Of a stretch of DNA of 64,000 bases, positions 62,901 through 64,000 are shown in pieces. The stretch's first letter is position 1. Each line of letters begins with the position of its first letter. Location: the NCBI GenBank assembly GCA_001687465.1, contig LVLI01000190.1, forward strand, positions 1 through 64,000, written 5' to 3'. The translations under genes were made by a program, and so were the position numbers. The notes beneath the pieces are model-generated. The model worked only from the letters and a program-made list of their open reading frames with translations. It was not told the origin of the DNA and did not search any database. The stretch comes from Halocafeteria seosinensis. Its lineage: Eukaryota.

Positions 62901-64000
62901 GTCGCTAATGGGAGCTAATATACAGCTTCAACTTTCTCTACGGAGACTTGACCTTGAGGGATGTATCGGTGTGTCCGATACGGCGCTAATTTCACTGGTG
63001 TACAACTGCAAGCAGTTGGAGCATCTGCGATGTGGCCACTGTCCGAAGCTAACCGCTGCTTCGACTACCGCCTTAGCAGTTTTCGGTCGACACCTTAAAA
63101 CGCTGAACATGTCGTACTGTTTCAATATTTCTTCGCCAATTGTGGACGAGGACATTACTTACGAGCTCGCTAAGCGTGCTAGGTTATTGAAAGGTCAGAG
63201 TCATATTCCGGCTAAGAAGTATGATCACAGTTTTGTGGAGGGACTCTCGCTTTTAATTCAGAAGGGTCTGAAGCGCCGCGACCGGCGACAATTAGCTATG
63301 GATGAAAAGCTTCCGGTAGATAACGACGGTTTCGACCCTGACGACAGCATAGCGGAGAAAAAGCGAGAAAAAAGACGCCGTGAGCTAGAGGGGTTCCATC
63401 CTCAGTGGACTCTCCTTGAGAGTATCAACTTCTCTGGGTGTCCAGGCATCCAAGAACAGGACATAATTGGTCTCTTACGCACTTGTGGTGATATAAGGGA
63501 TTTAAGCATCGAAGGTCTCCACCAAGTAACAGTGAGGTCATTCCAGAACCTCCACGAAAACAATTTTAGCCTCTCCTCGGTTTGTTTCAGATGGATACCG
63601 GGAATTGATAATGACTCAGTTACACTGCTATCCGAACAATGCCCAGACTTAACAAGGATTGACGTTACAGGATGTACTGGGGTTTCCAATACCGCGATTG
63701 TAGCTCTAGCATCAAACTGCACATCACTGAGGGAAGTGAGACTTAGCTTTTGTTCAGAGGAGATAAGAGATGGGTCTTTACTATTTTTATGCCGACAATG
63801 TCGATCTATCGAAGTACTCGAATGTGCGAAGAGAGTTCCGGACGTAAATATGCCACCGATTCCTCTGCGAGGAGACGAAACTAATTCAGACGATCCAACA
63901 TCATACCCCGCTTTTGGTTACAAGGGGAACATGTTTCTTTTCTTGCTAACCATTGGGCTGTATTGTCCCTTCCTCAGAGAGCTAGACATTTCGGGCCGGC
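59931..64000 (+). CDS. Large protein with cysteine-containing leucine-rich repeats (FBXL/AMN1-like); truncated by the window end
   Basis: Two short 5' exons, then a long frame from ~60350 that is open wherever I translated it and is missing from the ORF track because it runs off the end. Contains LITLDLSFSDNV, LRSLDLRGCAFV, LSTLDISWCPHV, LRRLDLEGC, LTRIDVTGCTGVSN. Confidence 0.88.

Overview
Eukaryotic nuclear DNA from a compact, intron-rich protist genome. Most introns are short GT-AG introns of about 55-95 nt. Gene content (AOAH, COMMD, HCCS with a C-terminal extension, CRE-type retroelement relics) suggests a heterotrophic flagellate, possibly a stramenopile; this is inference. The window opens in a ~160-175 bp satellite array (1-~2410). 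It then crosses a mobile-DNA zone (~3500-5620) holding a gag-like relic, a perfect 48-bp palindrome and an AT-rich ~1 kb TG..CA element. That element has ~85-bp terminal inverted repeats and carries a Mimiviridae-type AAAATTGA early-promoter motif upstream of a virus/phage-like gene. Dense host genes follow: fatty-acid desaturase, PX + degenerate nucleotidyltransferase, GT41 OGT-like, AlkD, a fused MTI-phosphorylase/MTA-deaminase, PP2A B''gamma, ferroportin, ZIP transporter, COMMD, HCCS, GlyRS (with an unusually long, hairpin-dense intron), SEH1, tRNA-Ala(CGC), XPB, AOAH, two CYSTM-like paralogs interleaved with CRE-type retrotransposon fragments, a large RCC1-repeat protein, VMP1 and an FBXL-type LRR protein that runs off the end. 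All calls are by eye from motifs; exon boundaries and some starts are approximate and no database searches were run.
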